Shown here piece by piece: positions 1-14,270 of a stretch of 64,000 bases of DNA; position 1 is the first letter of the stretch, and each line of letters begins with the position of its first letter. A program made the translations under genes and the position numbers. The notes beneath the pieces were generated by a model that worked only from the letters and a program-made list of their open reading frames with translations, was not told where the DNA came from and ran no database searches. The stretch comes from the human T2T-CHM13v2.0 reference genome, Homo sapiens. The stretch is from NCBI RefSeq assembly GCF_009914755.1, contig NC_060928.1; one strand, written 5' to 3'.

Positions 1-1539
1 GGAAATAATGTAGTACCCCAGCAAAGGAAAACATACGAGAGTATTCTCTGTTCCATTCCATCAAAGAGAAAAAAACACACTTCGGGGAAAAAAAAAAGAA
101 AAAAATTTAAAAACTCAATTTTCTACAGAGCCTGACTAGAAACTGTTATGTCTCTCAGGTAAATATATAGTCAGTCCATTTGCAGAGGCTAATGGATGAC
201 TTAATTAAGGCCTGACAAGATTTTCTGGGATAATAGATAAAGGATAATTCCCATTTAATAGCCCCCTTTAGATAAGATAATACTGGTATTATTAATAATT
301 TCTCCAGGCATTTCCCATCTTAATGAAGAATTAACACAGGAGTTCACCTTAACATTTGGAACATCTTGCCAAATAGTACAATCTGGAGTCTCTATTTTTG
401 TTCAGTCAAAAAGCTTGACAGCTAGCTGTGGCAGGTTATTAATCTTTGTGTTGACTTCAAGTATAATATCAGAGTGGTGACTTGTCTGGGAGGTTTGTCA
501 GAATGAATTGTTTTCTGAGATAGCAGATGGTTTGGAAATCATCTGCCATGACAGACTGAACAGACTAGAGTTTCAATTCTCTGTTCCTGGGGTGGTGATG
601 AGAAGGACACACACAGGAAATCAACTCTCCTGGTTTAACTGAAAACGGCTATGCACTGGACGGTCAGAGCACAAACTAGTAACAACTATGAAAGATAAAC
701 AAGAGGCAGGTGGGAAGTTCCTAATTAACTCCCATCTACTTCAAGTTAATTTCCCTGACTCTACATTATTGCACATATGAGGAAACTCAATTTATGCATA
801 TCAAGACTTGATTTTATAATTTTGCTTTTGAAAAATGAGATAATCAACAACAGAAGGAGTATATTAACTAGAGACCTGGATTACAGTGATTCAGAGTGAG
901 GTATCAGGTAATTGAATCTAGTCAGTTTATTCAGAGCAGGATGCAAATAAGTAATTTGGACATTTTGAATGAGCTCTGCCAAGTTAAAAGCCTCATGAAA
1001 ATTTTGTAAATAGGCTATGCACTTTAATGTAATCTGAGAATAGAGGGTGGTTTACAATAATTTCAGATTTCTATTTAGCTATTATTATTATTACAGTTTT
1101 TAAAATGTTTCCCCTGACATCCTTCCTGTGTAAATGAATATGTCCCAGGGACACTCCAGTAAATGAGATGAACTAATGTAAAATATTAAATAATTCATGT
1201 CCTTGGAAGCCACTGAGACTTTGCTCATGTTTTCAGATAAAGTAAACCAATGTTGTGATGCAGAAAAAGGCATCTGCATTTGAAAATATCTCAAGTATTA
1301 TCTTTTAAGCCTAAATGTGTACTTAATTTAAAAAGAAGAAAAGGGAGCATGTTAAAGAATGTATCAGGCACCATTTAAAAATAGTAGAGATAACTAACAA
1401 GATTTTGATTTTCTTTTTTTTGCAAGGGGAAAGGGGAGCTCATTTTACTGCCTTTGCCATCATTTCTATGACTATGAATTAAACTGGAGTGTAACAATGA
1501 AGTTAAGTGAAATCTGGAGAGGAGCCTGGGACAAAGGAG

Positions 1540-1745
1540 GCAGTATTGTGGAGTAGGAGGTAGTACGAAATTAATAAGGCCTGGGATATTTGTGTTCTTA
1601 GTCCTACTCCCATCAAAGTCAGACCGTGGGGTTGTTATATAACCTCTCAGGAACAGTGTGTTCTTGTCTGTGAAATGAAATAATAATAACATTAGCCTCA
1701 CAGGGATGTTATCAAAATTAAATGTACAAGCAGAATTAAGTGTTT
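1540..1745 (+). mobile_element. MIR SINE remnant
   Basis: Degenerate MIR core: AACCTCTCAG...TCTGTGAAATGAAATAATAATAAC...CTCACAGGGATGTT...AAATTAAATG. Confidence 0.65.
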
Positions 1746-1904
1746 GCCACAGAGAAGGCACAGAAAATTTAGAAATTACCTAACTACTCTGTTTAGGAAA
1801 GGACTTTATACTGCCAGCTTTGCCCAAAAGCGAATTTCTGGACATTTCTAGACATCCCTTCAGCAGTGACAGGGCTAAACTAACGGGATTGTGGGTTACT
1901 TTGA

Positions 1905-2118
1905 AAGCAAATTCCTTGGTTTTAAATTCTAACTCTGCCAATTAGCAGTTGTGTAACAGCTCTTCATTAAACTTATCTTAGTCTCAGTTTCCTCATCTAT
2001 ACAATAAAGACAATAATAATACTTACACCTATTGGATAATTGCAGGAATTAAATGAAATAACCTGCATTAAGAACCTAGTACAGTGTCAAGCACATGGCA
2101 GTGACTCTGAATGTTACC
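1905..2118 (+). mobile_element. MIR SINE
   Basis: MIR core GTCTCAGTTTCCTCATCTATACAATAAAGACAATAATAATAC and 3' part AGAACCTAGTACAGTGTCAAGCACATGG. Confidence 0.8.
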
Positions 2119-2930
2119 TTGGATTATCTATTAGCCCCACGTAAGTATAGCCATGAAAATTTTATCTGCCATAAGGGACAAACATAGAGAATGACTTTTC
2201 TCTCTAGCATATCATCTTGTTATGAAAATATGACATATGTGGTTTGTTCCAAAAAGGAACTGTTGCCCTTTTAGCAAACAAGTCTGAGTGATTTCAGTCA
2301 CTGAGAGGTGAAACTTAAAGTTATTAGTAGTTACACTTTCAATATTTGAAGGCATTAAAGAGTAATTGAAAGTGATCAAGTACTGAAGGAGAGTCAACTC
2401 TTAAAACAAGGAGACGACTGGGTGAGCTTGCATTTGCAGAGTTTTTCTCTTGTGGGCACACCTCAGTCCTTACTGTGTGGCAAGGCTGAAGTTCAAGGAA
2501 AGACCATATTGTTACTGGCTTGATGAGTCAGAGGACAGAATTTGGAACTGCCAGAATGGCTAGAAAATCAAAGGACAAATGAAGAAAAGCTTTTAATGCT
2601 GTATATTATCTGCCGAGGTCCTAAGCTGAACCTTGAACTCCATATGCATGAAGGAGACATCAAAGAGAAATTAAGGCTATAGCTAGAAGGGTAAGATAAA
2701 TGAGCCAAGATTTCAACCGATACTTACAGCAGGCATTACAGAATTCAGAGTTTGATTGCAGTCAAAGATAATTTCTTGTTAAAATCAAAATAATCATTCT
2801 TTAGCAGCAGATTTCAGAATACAAAGTATCTATAATATATTATTTATAATATTCAGCATATAATAAAAAAATCACTAAATATGTGAAAAGCAGAAAGTGT
2901 GGCCCATTATTTCAAGAAGACAGCAGTCAG

Positions 2931-3337
<407 letters not shown>

Positions 3338-5195
3338 TTATAAAAATGAATAAACAGATGGGAAATCACAGCAGATAAATGAGCACTATTTAAAAACAAT
3401 CAAATAAAAATCCTAGGAGTTAAAATTATAATATCTCAAATGAAAATGTCAGTAAATTTGAAGACATATCGAAAGAATTGTCCAATCTGATAAAACAAGC
3501 TCACAAACATATATGTAATTCAAATTTTACAAGGAAAAACAGAGAGATAATAGGACAGAAAAATATCTGAATACTGTTCATTAAAAATATCCCCAATCTG
3601 ATGATAAACAACAATTTATAGATCCAAAAACTTCAGTAAACCCCAAGCAAGTTAAAAACAAAGAAAACAAGGAGCCATATCACAGACAAAATCCTGAAAA
3701 CTGAAGAATTATGTTAAAGTAACAAAATGTTGAAAGCAGCCAGAAAAATGACTTATTCCATAAAGGAAGAAGGTGGTAACACCAATGACTGACTTATCAG
3801 AAAGAATAAAAGCCATAAGACACTAAAAACATCTTTACAGTGCTGAAAGAAAAGGAAAAATAACTGTCAACCTAGAATTTTATAGTCAGCAAAAATATCC
3901 TCTGGAAATGATGCCAAAATATAGGTATTTATTAGATAGCAAAACTGAGAATTTACTGCTAAGTAAATTACATCAGGATGCAGAGAAATGACACCAGATA
4001 GATATGTGAATCTACAGGAGGTAAAGAAGAGCAACAGATATGGTAAATATGTAAGGAAATACACTTTTTAAATAATTTATTTAAAAGATATATGCCTCTT
4101 TAAGAAAAATGTTGTAATACCCTACTATGGAGTTTATAACATATAGATATCATATATGCACACAATATATGGCACTAGTACAAAAAATGGGTTCAGCAAA
4201 TGGAACTATACAGTGGCACAATTCTTATACTTTATGTGGTACAATACTAACACTTAGTAGAATGTGATAGGTTAGGATTTATATTGTAATCCCTACAGCA
4301 AACACTGAAAAATGCTAAGAGGTGTAACTTAAAGCACAATAGAGTAATCAAAATGAAATATTTAGAAAATTATTAACTAAGAGAAGGAAGTAAAATGAAC
4401 TAAATATTCATATTGAAAAGCAATGTTTGTAAGACTGGATAAGAAGCAAGACCTAATTATATGTTGTAAAAAAGAGATGTAAGCTAAATATAAAGGTAAA
4501 GGTAGGAGTCAAAGGAATGAACAGATGGGAAAATATATATTTATATATTATTTGAATAGTAAAAATAACAAAAATAGAATCAGTATAACAGACAAAATAG
4601 ACATCAGATAAGGAGTATTGCCAGAGATAAAGTGGATCATTTTATAATGATAAAATAATCAGAAGGGTATAGATGTGTATGAGCCTGAATATAGAATTTC
4701 AAAACTTGAATTAAAAACTGAGATATCTAGAAAGAAAAGTAAACAAATCTTCATTATAGCTGGAAATTTTAACATCCCTCTTTCACTAATTGGTATAATA
4801 GTGATTGATTATAATTAATAGAACATCTAGATGAAAAATCAGCAAGAATGTCTGAAGAAGACAGGAACAATGCTATTAACCACTTTGACCTAATTCACAT
4901 TTATAAAACATTATATGCAACAAATGTATAAAACAATTATTTTAAAATGCACAAGACACATTCACAAAAAAATGTTATGCTGTGTCATAAAGCAAGTCAT
5001 AATAAATGTCAATAATTAAATATTACAGAATATGTATTTTAGTAATAACAAATGAGAAATAAATAAATCACAAGATATGTAGAAAAGCCCCAAATATTTG
5101 GAAATAAATAACAGTTCTACTAATGGATCAGAAGAAATTACAAGAAAATTTAAAATGTTCTGAAATCATCATATTTTAATACATGTGATGTACCA

Positions 5196-5725
5196 TAAGA
5201 CGGTTAATTTATGTGCCAATTTGACTGAGCTAAGGGATGTCCAGATAGCTAGTAAAACATTACTCCAGGTGTGTCTGTGAGGATACTTCAGGTAGAGATT
5301 AGCATTTGAATCAGTAGACTAAGTAAAGAAGATTCAACCTCACCAACGAGAATGGGCATCATCTAATCCATTAAGGGCCTGAGTACAATGCAAAAGTGAA
5401 GGAAGTGCTAATTCATCTCCCTGAACCAGGACATCCATCTTCTGTCCTCAGACATTGCATTCCTGGTTTTCAGATTCAGACCAGAACTTACACTATGGAT
5501 GTCCTCATCATCAGCACCACCAAGTTCCCAGACTTTCAGAGTTGGACCAAGACTTACACCATTGGCTTCACTGGTTCTCATGACCTTTTGTTTTGGGACT
5601 TCCTGCCCTCCATAATTCTATGAGAAAATTCCCATATAGATGTTTAGTTAAATTAATTAATGAGTTTATTTATTTTTAATATATTTTAATTATAAGGTCT
5701 GTTTCTCTGGAGAAACCCTAATACA
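5196..5725 (+). mobile_element. MLT2 (ERVL) solo LTR
   Basis: Start GGTTAATTTATGTGCCAATTTGACTGAGCTAAGGGATGTCCAGATAGC; end GGTCTGTTTCTCTGGAGAAACCCTAATACA. Confidence 0.9.
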
Positions 5726-6503
5726 TAGCTAAAGCAGAACTTAGAGAAAAATTTGTAACTACTTATATAATCAATATTATATATAAAAGCTAGAAACAGA
5801 GGAATAAAAGTAAACTTTAAGTAGAATGTAGAAGGAAGGATAAAATGAAGATATTAGAAGTTAGTGAAATAGATAATAAAAACTAGATAATTGACAAAGT
5901 GAAAACTTTGTTCTCTGAAAAGATTAATGAAATCAATAAAACCCAAGCTATAATAATTAAAAATAGAGATAAAACATAAATTTAAAAAATTATGATAAAA
6001 CTAGTATCAGAAATAAACTAATACATATTTTATTACACATATTTTAGAAACATAGCAAAATATTAGGAACTACTTTATGATTTAAGTAGACAATTTTCTT
6101 GATGTATACAGCTTACCAAGACTAACCCGAGATGAAATTTTTAAAAGTTCATAGTTATGTTTATTAGAAAGGTCAAAGTGCTTATCAAACACTTTCTCAC
6201 AAAGAAAACTTCAGGCTCAGATGGCTTCACTGTGAATTGAATAATACATTTAAAGAGCACATAATACCAATATTACCAGAACTCTCTTAAGGCATAGAAA
6301 AGGAAGGGGCATTTACAACTTCTTTAAACAGAATAGAAAACTCTGACACAAACTTGATGAATACAGTACAAAGACCTAAAATTAATGACCAATATCATTT
6401 AATGTAGATGCACATTAGCAAATTTAATCCAACAATATATTAAAAGGTAGATATATTAGGACCAAATAGTCTCCACACCAGGAATGTAAAGATTGGTGAA
6501 ACA

Positions 6504-6804
<301 letters not shown>

Positions 6805-6955
6805 AAAGATTGGTGAAACATTCAAGTGCATCAGGCAATATAATTCTCTATACTAAGTGAATTAAATAGATGAACCAAATGATTAACTCCTGTGAGTGAC
6901 ACATACATCTAAAGGTATAGAAAAAGCATTTGGCAAAATTTAACACTCATTTATG

Positions 6956-7017
6956 AAAAGAAAGAAAGAAAAAGAAAGAAAGAGAGAAAGAAGAAAGAAA
7001 GAAAGAGAGAAAGAAAA
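6956..7017 (+). repeat. (GAAA)n purine microsatellite
   Basis: Directly visible imperfect GAAA/GA repeat. Confidence 0.9.
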
Positions 7018-7603
7018 ACTCTTTTCCAATTATGAATAGGAAGCAACTTCTTTAATCAAGTAAAGTGTGTTTATTAAAAACAATAAAAAGCAAACACACA
7101 TATTGAATGATAAAAGCCTAAAAAATTTCCCTTTATATTCAGAAAAAAGAAAATGATGTCTGTTCTCACGGCTTCAATTAGACATTTTACTAGTGGATTC
7201 AGAAGTAAAAGAAAGTAAAAGAAGTAAAGGGCATGGAAACTGGAAAGGAAGACAAAACTTTCTCTTATTTGTAGGTGACATGATTCTTTGCTATCGAAAT
7301 CTTAAGGAATCTACAAAACAATTTCTAGAACTAACAAGTGAATTTAGCAATATCACGATTACAGAATACAAAATCTGATCGTATTTCTATATTCTAATAG
7401 AAAACAGTGGGAAAAAGGAAAATTTTAAATTCCACTACAATAATATGAAAACCTAAGATAAGATAAAAAGTAACAAACATTGCAAGATGGCTGCACTAGA
7501 AACTGTAAAACAATGCTGAAAGAAATTAAGACCTAAATAAGTATATAAACATGCTCATACAGAAGCCTCACTATTCTTCTCACTTCACCCAAATAGATCT
7601 ACA

Positions 7604-8080
7604 GCAGTAATCTGCAAGCATTTTTGTTTCAGAATCCCCAAAACACCTTAGAAATTATACAGAATCTCCAAGGACTTTACTTTTTGTGAGTTATATCCAT
7701 CAACATCAATATTATTCAGTATTATAAATTAAAACTGAAAAAATGTTAAATACTAATTTAGTAATTTGTTTAAAAATAGCTATAAATCTATTACATTATC
7801 TTAAGTATGTTTATTTTTTAAATCTACATTCTCTAACACAAAAGTAATCTAGGAGAGTGGAACTGTTTTTAAACTTTTGAAAATCTGTCTGGCTTAGTAA
7901 AAGACAGCATATTCTCATATGCCTGAGATACAGTTAATTGATGTGACATGTTGTTTTGCTTGCAGTATATGAAGTAATGCTGGCCTCATATAGATAAGTA
8001 GTTGTAGAAGGGAGGAGTATTTAAGTAGGCTTTTCACATAACTGTAGATATTCTTCTTTGATATTATACTAAAACTTGCC
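7604..8080. mobile_element. Charlie1 (hAT) DNA transposon fragment
   Basis: Matches recalled Charlie1 terminal region: ...GAGAGTGG...TGTCTGGCTTAGTAAAAGACAGC...GGGAGGAGTATT...GATATTCTTCTTTGATA. Confidence 0.75.
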
Positions 8081-8578
8081 GAGAAATAAAGGCAGCAGTT
8101 ACAGTGCACTCTGAAAGGGATATGGCAAGGATAATGCATGGTCCTATCAAACCACACAGATAGGACCACACATTAGGACGTGGATATCAGAGAAGACTCT
8201 ATAAAAAAAAAAAAAGATGGTTAAACTGAAACCAGAAGATTAAGGAAAGAGTATTCCAGGAAAGGAAAATACTCAAGTGAAGACATGATAGATGCACAGA
8301 TTCAGAAAGACTTATGATGATCTCAGCTTAGAAGTTACACTGAGTATTGAGCGGGGGTGGGAGGTTGTTAGGGAGAGTAGCAAAAGATTAAACTGAAAAG
8401 ACAACCGAGCTTATATGTGAAAGCTGTCCCTATGAAAAGTTAATAACTTTAGTCTTTTCTATAAAGATAATGAGAATTTATTAAAGGATTTAAGCCAAAG
8501 AATGACAGCGCATAAAAGGTGAAAGTTTAAAGAAAGATTGATGAGTCAGTGTGGGAGCTATAGTAGAAAGGTCCAATA

Positions 8579-9115
8579 CAGTAGACCTGCTTTATCTGTG
8601 GTTTCATCCCACTTACCCATGGTAAACTGCAGTTGAAACATATTAAATGGAAAATTCCAGAAATAAACAATTCATCAGTTTTAAATTGTGCGCCAGTCTG
8701 GGTAGTGTCATGAAATCTTGTGCCATCCCACTCCATCCTGTCCAGTATGTGAGTCGTTCCTTTGTCCACCGTATCTGTGCCTCTGTTACCCACCTATTCA
8801 TCTCTTAGCAACTTTCTCAGTTATCAGATCAACTGTTGCAGTATCACAGTGTTTGTGTTCAAATAACCCTTATTTTCCTTAATAATAGCTTTAAAGCACT
8901 GGAGTAGTAATGCTGACATATTGTTATAACTGTTCTATTTTATTATAATTATTGTTGTTAATCTCTTAAAGCCTAATTTATAAATTAAACTTTCGCATAG
9001 TTATGTATACATAGGAAAAAAACATAGTATATATAGGGTTCAGTACTATCTGCAGTTTCAGGCACCCCTTGTGGGATTTTGGAACATATCCCCCACAGGG
9101 AAGGATAAACTACTC
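8579..9115 (+). mobile_element. MER44B (Tigger7-derived MITE)
   Basis: CAGTAG...ATATTAAATGGAAAATTCCAGAAATAAACAATTC...GGAACATATCCCC...ACTACTC, flanked by TA on both sides. Confidence 0.9.
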
Positions 9116-9956
9116 TAATAAAAAGTCTTAAATATATACATTGGTTTTGGCAATAACAATATTGTTTGTGACTTAATTGAGGAAAAATGGCAGATGAGGC
9201 TATGTCGCAGAGCTAAGGGACGAATGGTGAGGGTAGGCTTAGCTTTCAAGAAGCTTGTCTGGGAGCAAAAAGTGACAGGGCAGTAAGTAGAAGTGACCAA
9301 CGGGAGGAAGAGCTGAAGGGAAATAGCCGGTATACCAACAAACATTAAAGCTATGAATCTGGAAAAGGACAAAAGATGAACCTTGCATGTGGAGGTATGC
9401 CAGATCTGCTCTAATAAAAGTAAAGATGGGTTGAAATTTATATATTAATTATTTTTGAAATTATTTTCCTTACTATGTTTTTTTAAACAGCCCTCATATA
9501 GGTTGTTTCGTTTTCCTCATTTTGCTTAGTCAACTTTTATCTCCCAGAACATGAATAAGTAAATCATGATTGAATACTAAATAAATAATTTTTAAACTTC
9601 AAATTAATCATGTCTGAATTGCTGAACTTTTATTTTATGCCAAAATCAGGGAATGTTGTTTTGATTACTTCATTTATTTGAAGAATGAAAAACATGACTA
9701 CATTCAGAACCAAATCTACTAGGACATTCATGTGAGTCCCACTGAAGTCCACACCTCACAAGTGACATATGTACCATATTTGTTTACTTCTTTTGTTGAG
9801 AGGATTTGGGCTTTTTGTTTCTGTTCATTTGTAATACAAAAATTCAGCTGGTTACAAGTTCCGGAGTAGTGATTTTTAATACAGTTAAAATGGATAAAAT
9901 CACTTGGAACCAGTTTATCAAATAGAATCAAAGAATCTTTAATATCATTAACTTGC

Positions 9957-10193
9957 CTAAAACTGAAGTGTAATTTGTTTTATAATCTGTTTCCCCACCA
10001 TTTGTAGTTGTGAAGATGCCTGTCATTTGAAATCTTCCTGCTCTAGCAGTTAAGTGAGGAATACAAGTAGACTGGCTGAATGGTCCTTGATAACCGTGTG
10101 TAGCTAATGAAAGCCATTTGAGTTTATCAGTTGGCAACTCAGGAGCATGAGGATGACTAGAGTTTATAGCAGTCATTTCTCTCTTGTACTTCT
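9957..10193 (-). other. Candidate spliced exon (237 nt, one open frame), or start of a terminal exon
   Basis: Minus-strand acceptor TTTATTTGTTCATACCAG| and consensus GC-type donor AG|GCAAGT; unique sequence; no homologue recognised. Confidence 0.35.
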
Positions 10194-10577
10194 CTGGTAT
10201 GAACAAATAAATCTTTTCAGAAAACTTGAAGCTATAATGGCTGGAGGCATTGCCATAGAAACAAAGCAGGAACATCAGTAGATCAGTAAGAAAAATATTC
10301 CAAAATAAAGAATAACTGGTGAAAGCTGCCCAATTTTATAAAATGCTACATGTTGTGATTCAGATGTATGTGTGAGTATATGTGTGAGTATATGATAGGT
10401 ATATGATAAGTATAAGTGAGTATATGATAAGGTATTTTAAATAAAAAACAATTGAATTACATTGAAGTGTTATAAAATAGAAGATTAGTTTGATATGTGT
10501 GTGATTTTATTTGCAAATTTAAATGGCAGCACAAGTGCTATGTCAATCTAGAGTAAACCAAGGCAGTATTAACTTAC

Positions 10578-10668
10578 CATGTATCACAGATTATACATTG
10601 GGGGCATTTGTTCTTAGGAATCAGTGATTGTGCCAGCTGATACTAAATGCACCTCAGAAAATGAAGAC
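10578..10668 (-). ncRNA. Candidate non-coding exon (91 nt)
   Basis: Acceptor TTTCCTATTTGTTTTTGACATGCAG| and donor ATG|GTAAGT; stops in all three frames. Confidence 0.4.
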
Positions 10669-11604
10669 CTGCATGTCAAAAACAAATAGGAAACACATTA
10701 CAGGTATATGCATTCTGAATTTGATTAAACAGATAATGGTGTATATGGGTCAATGGCTATAACACATTGTATTTGGTAGATATTTAGTTTGTGTGCCATT
10801 TACATTCACAATTGCATGTTTCAGATTCTTTATTTTTAAAAGTTTGATTTTCCGATGAATTCATTACTCACTACCATGAAATTTTTCCCCACTTGCTGTG
10901 ATCAGAAGGTAAGTAAAAATCATTATGTTATTACCATAATAATTATAGAGTTCTACGTATTAGTTCTGTATCTAAAATGCTTAAATTGCAATGATGAAAA
11001 AACCTTTTCGTGTATTTAACACTGAAAGGATTTATTTTTTGAGCTTCCATGTTGTAGGAGATCATTTTTGTGTTACATTCTGTATTTTTGTGTGTGATGT
11101 GATTGTTGTATTCAGAAGTGCAAAGAACCTTAACTCCTTAACTCCTTTCTGTAGATTTATATTGTCTTAGTTCAAACCCTTAGGACTCCAATTTAGTGGA
11201 TAATCCTTGCTTCTCCACTTGCAAGCACCCTGTTCCCAAGGAAACAATAGATTTTAATAAAGACTACTGGGCAATATGATAGCCCCAAAAAGACGAGGCC
11301 CAAATGCATAAACTCATCGCAACTTTGGAGCATAACTCAGTATTTCTCTTCATTTTCCAACAGAAAATATTTTCCAAAAAGCATTGGCAAAAAGCAGAAG
11401 TTTTACTTTTAGTTGGGAAACAAGATAGAAAATTTTACATCATATATTAAATAGCAAAACCCTATATAATCACAACTAGATGTCTTTATTTCTCTTTTAT
11501 TCTACCACTTCATGTACTATGGCATCCTCTTTATTTCCTTCCTTGTTCTCTCCATCTCCTAGCCTCCACCTCCCTGCATTGTCTAAAACTGCCTCCTTCA
11601 GTAG

Positions 11605-11745
11605 GATAACTAGCCACACACAGCTATTAAGCTTAATTGAATAAAGTAAAACATTTAGTTATTTAGTTTCTAATGCACATAGCTACATTTTAAGCACTGA
11701 ATAGTAACATTGGACAGTAGCTACCGTATTGGACAGCACAGATAA
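11605..11745. mobile_element. MER3/MER33-type hAT MITE fragment
   Basis: ACTAGCCACAC...GTAGCTACCGTATTGGACAGCACAGATA. Confidence 0.7.
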
Positions 11746-12596
11746 TTCTGATCTAAAACGATTAAGATCTTGCTCCAAGCACAGTATTTTATTTTTCCAA
11801 AATAATACAGAGAGAAAATGAGGAGGAAAAGCGGAAGGATAGAGGAGCAAAAGAAAAAAGTCCGTGTTGCTATCTACCCTCACTCTTGGAAGAAAGCAGT
11901 CGAAGAGCTCCTTATTCCAGTAGAAACACAATAGCAACTTAGTGCCAAATCTACTCTCTTCTCATCCTGGAGGAAGTGAGGGCAAAGGGAGCCTATAAAC
12001 TACATCTTTAGTGAAACTAAGAGACAGAGAAAATTTGAAAACTACAAATTGCCTGTGTGGGCAACAGCAAGGAAAACCAGCAAAATCTGCACGGAAAGCT
12101 ATAGCAGCATGGTAGGGAGAAGCATGGAGGACAAAGGTGGTCTAGAGCGGACAGATCTCAGAAAAGAGCAGCAAATATGAACTACTATAAGGGAAAGGTC
12201 TCTCTTAAATAGAAACTGCTGTGACAAGGCTGAGGACTAAAAGGGCACAATCACTGCAGCTGCTGTGACATAAGATACTGAAAGCCCTCTTGGATCCTCT
12301 TGGTGTAAGAAAGCACCACCTTTCAAAAGACTAAAGGATACCTTGGAAGCAAGGACTATGTTCTTGATAGCAGTGTTTAGTGAAGGCCTCAAGCTAGGTC
12401 AGAGAAGCATCAGAGGCATGGCTAAGCAGAGAAATTTCATTATAATGAAACAATCCATCTCTTTAGCCCTAGACTCCTAGCAAACTATCTCACTCCCTAG
12501 ACTCCTGCTCTGAACCCCACAAAAGTCTCCTGCTAATATATTGTCTGGAAATTTTAATTCATTTAAATATGAGTAATTGTAAACCCCACAGCATCC

Positions 12597-13053
12597 TGAT
12601 AAGGGCTCAAATATGTCCCCAAAAAAGTTATGTTGAAATCCTTGCCCTCAGTATCTTGAGATGTGACTGTATTTGGAAATAAGGTTGATGCAGATGTGAT
12701 TAGTTAAAATGAAGTCATACTGGAGTAGGGTGTACCCTTAATCCAATATAACTGATAGCTTTATAAGAAGAGAAAAGACCGGGAGACACAAGAGAGAACA
12801 CCATGTCATGAAAAAAGGCAGAGATTGTAATGCTACAGCTGCAAGTGAAGGAATGCTAAGGATTGCTGGTAAACTACCAGAAATTAGGACAGGCAAGGAA
12901 GGATTCTCCCCAACAGCTTTCAAAGGGTGCATTCCCCTGCAAACATTTTGACTTTGGACTTCCAGCCTCCAAAACTGTGAGACAATACATTTCTGTGGTT
13001 TTAAGCTATCCACTTTGTGGACTTCTTTGTCACAACCTTGGAAAACTGATACA
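12597..13053 (+). mobile_element. MLT1B/C (MaLR) solo LTR
   Basis: ATGTGACTGTATTTGGAAATAAGG...GGACTTCCAGCCTCCAAAACTGTGAGACAATACATTTCTGTGGTTTTAAGC...AACTGATACA; flanking ATCC(T) duplication. Confidence 0.9.
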
Positions 13054-13059
13054 ATCCTT

Positions 13060-14030
13060 TCAAAGATATCTTAAAATAGGAAATAGCAACAAAAGTTCCT
13101 TAATAAAAGAAGAAACTTAACAGAAAAAAATGTTGCCACGAAAAGATACAAGTTGCAACACAACATTTTACCAACAATATAGATACAATTACAGCCAGGA
13201 AGGAAATACAAGGACTCAGGATAACATGACTGGACAAGAGAAGGTGATGTCTAGACATACGCAGTAAAACTGTAGGATTTAGGGGAAACTGTAGGAGTTA
13301 AGGAAAAATGGAGGAAAAAGAAAATTAGAAATAAAGAATAAATTACAGAATCAAAAGAGATACTGATACCGTAGAAAGCACAATAAGAGATGTAGGTGAG
13401 AAAAATGAGAAAATCAAATGAACATTAATAGAAATAAAGATATAGAAAGTATTGGAAATAGTATGATGAGTAAAAGATAAGCCAAAGACATCCAAAATTC
13501 ACATAATTAGGACTGCAAAGAAAATCAAACAATGAAAGAGTATCAATATTTAAAAATTTAATTCAAGAAAACTTTCTTAAAGAATATTTGAATCTGGTTA
13601 TTGAAGAGAAAGCTCTAAACCAGGGAAGGGGTACACTATAACACAGAATGGTCAACATTGAGACATAACCTGAAGAAAATGTTTAATTTTAAAGATAAAG
13701 AATCTTTGAGCAGCAGGAGGAAATATCAAAATAATTTTAGGGGAAAGAAAATCAAACTGGTCAGACACCCCCCAGCAAATTTTTACTAGAAGGCAGTGAA
13801 AAAAATATCTCCAAGGAAAGAAAGAAAAACACTCAAGAAAAAAAGTGTGTGTCAAGATTTTTATACCTAGTCAGACTGTCCTTTGAGCATAGTGGCTATA
13901 GATAAATAAAATTTTTTTTCAGACACATCTGCAAGAACCTAAAGAGAATAATTCACATAAGCCCCTCCTATTAAGAGACAAAACTCAACTAAAATATAAT
14001 TTTAAAATAGCAAGAAAAGAACAGGTGGTA
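13060..14030 (+). mobile_element. Old L1M/HAL1 ORF1-like remnant
   Basis: A-rich; AATTCAAGAAAACTTTC, AAAATCAAACTGG, AGATTTTTATACCTAG resemble L1 ORF1 region. Confidence 0.55.
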
Positions 14031-14060
14031 AGGCTTTAATATACTTATGATATATTTAAG

Positions 14061-14270
14061 ATGAGAACACATGGACACAGGAAGGGGAACATCACACACA
14101 GGGGCCTGTTGTGGGGTGGGGGGAGGGGGGAGGGATAGCATTAGGAGATATACCTAATGTTAAACAACCAGTTAAAGGGTGCAGCACACCAACGTGGCAC
14201 ATATATACATATGTAACTAACCTGCACGTTGTGCACATGTACCCTAAAACTTAAAGTATAATAATAAAAA
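14061..14270 (+). mobile_element. L1PA 3' end (5'-truncated, ~200 bp)
   Basis: GAGAACACATGGACACAGGAAGGGGAACATCACAC...GTACCCTAAAACTTAAAGTATAATAATAAAA. Confidence 0.95.

Noticed and set aside
1375-1761. 128-aa ORF
   Set aside because: Non-ATG start, overlaps an antisense MIR, no recognisable domain.
10020-10140. Faint likeness of the minus-strand peptide to a Gypsy integrase motif (..GPF..)
   Set aside because: The rest of the DDE core could not be found in any frame.
10843-10908. Plus-strand 66-nt open exon ending AAG|GTAAGT
   Set aside because: Weak acceptor, no convincing partner exon, peptide not recognised.
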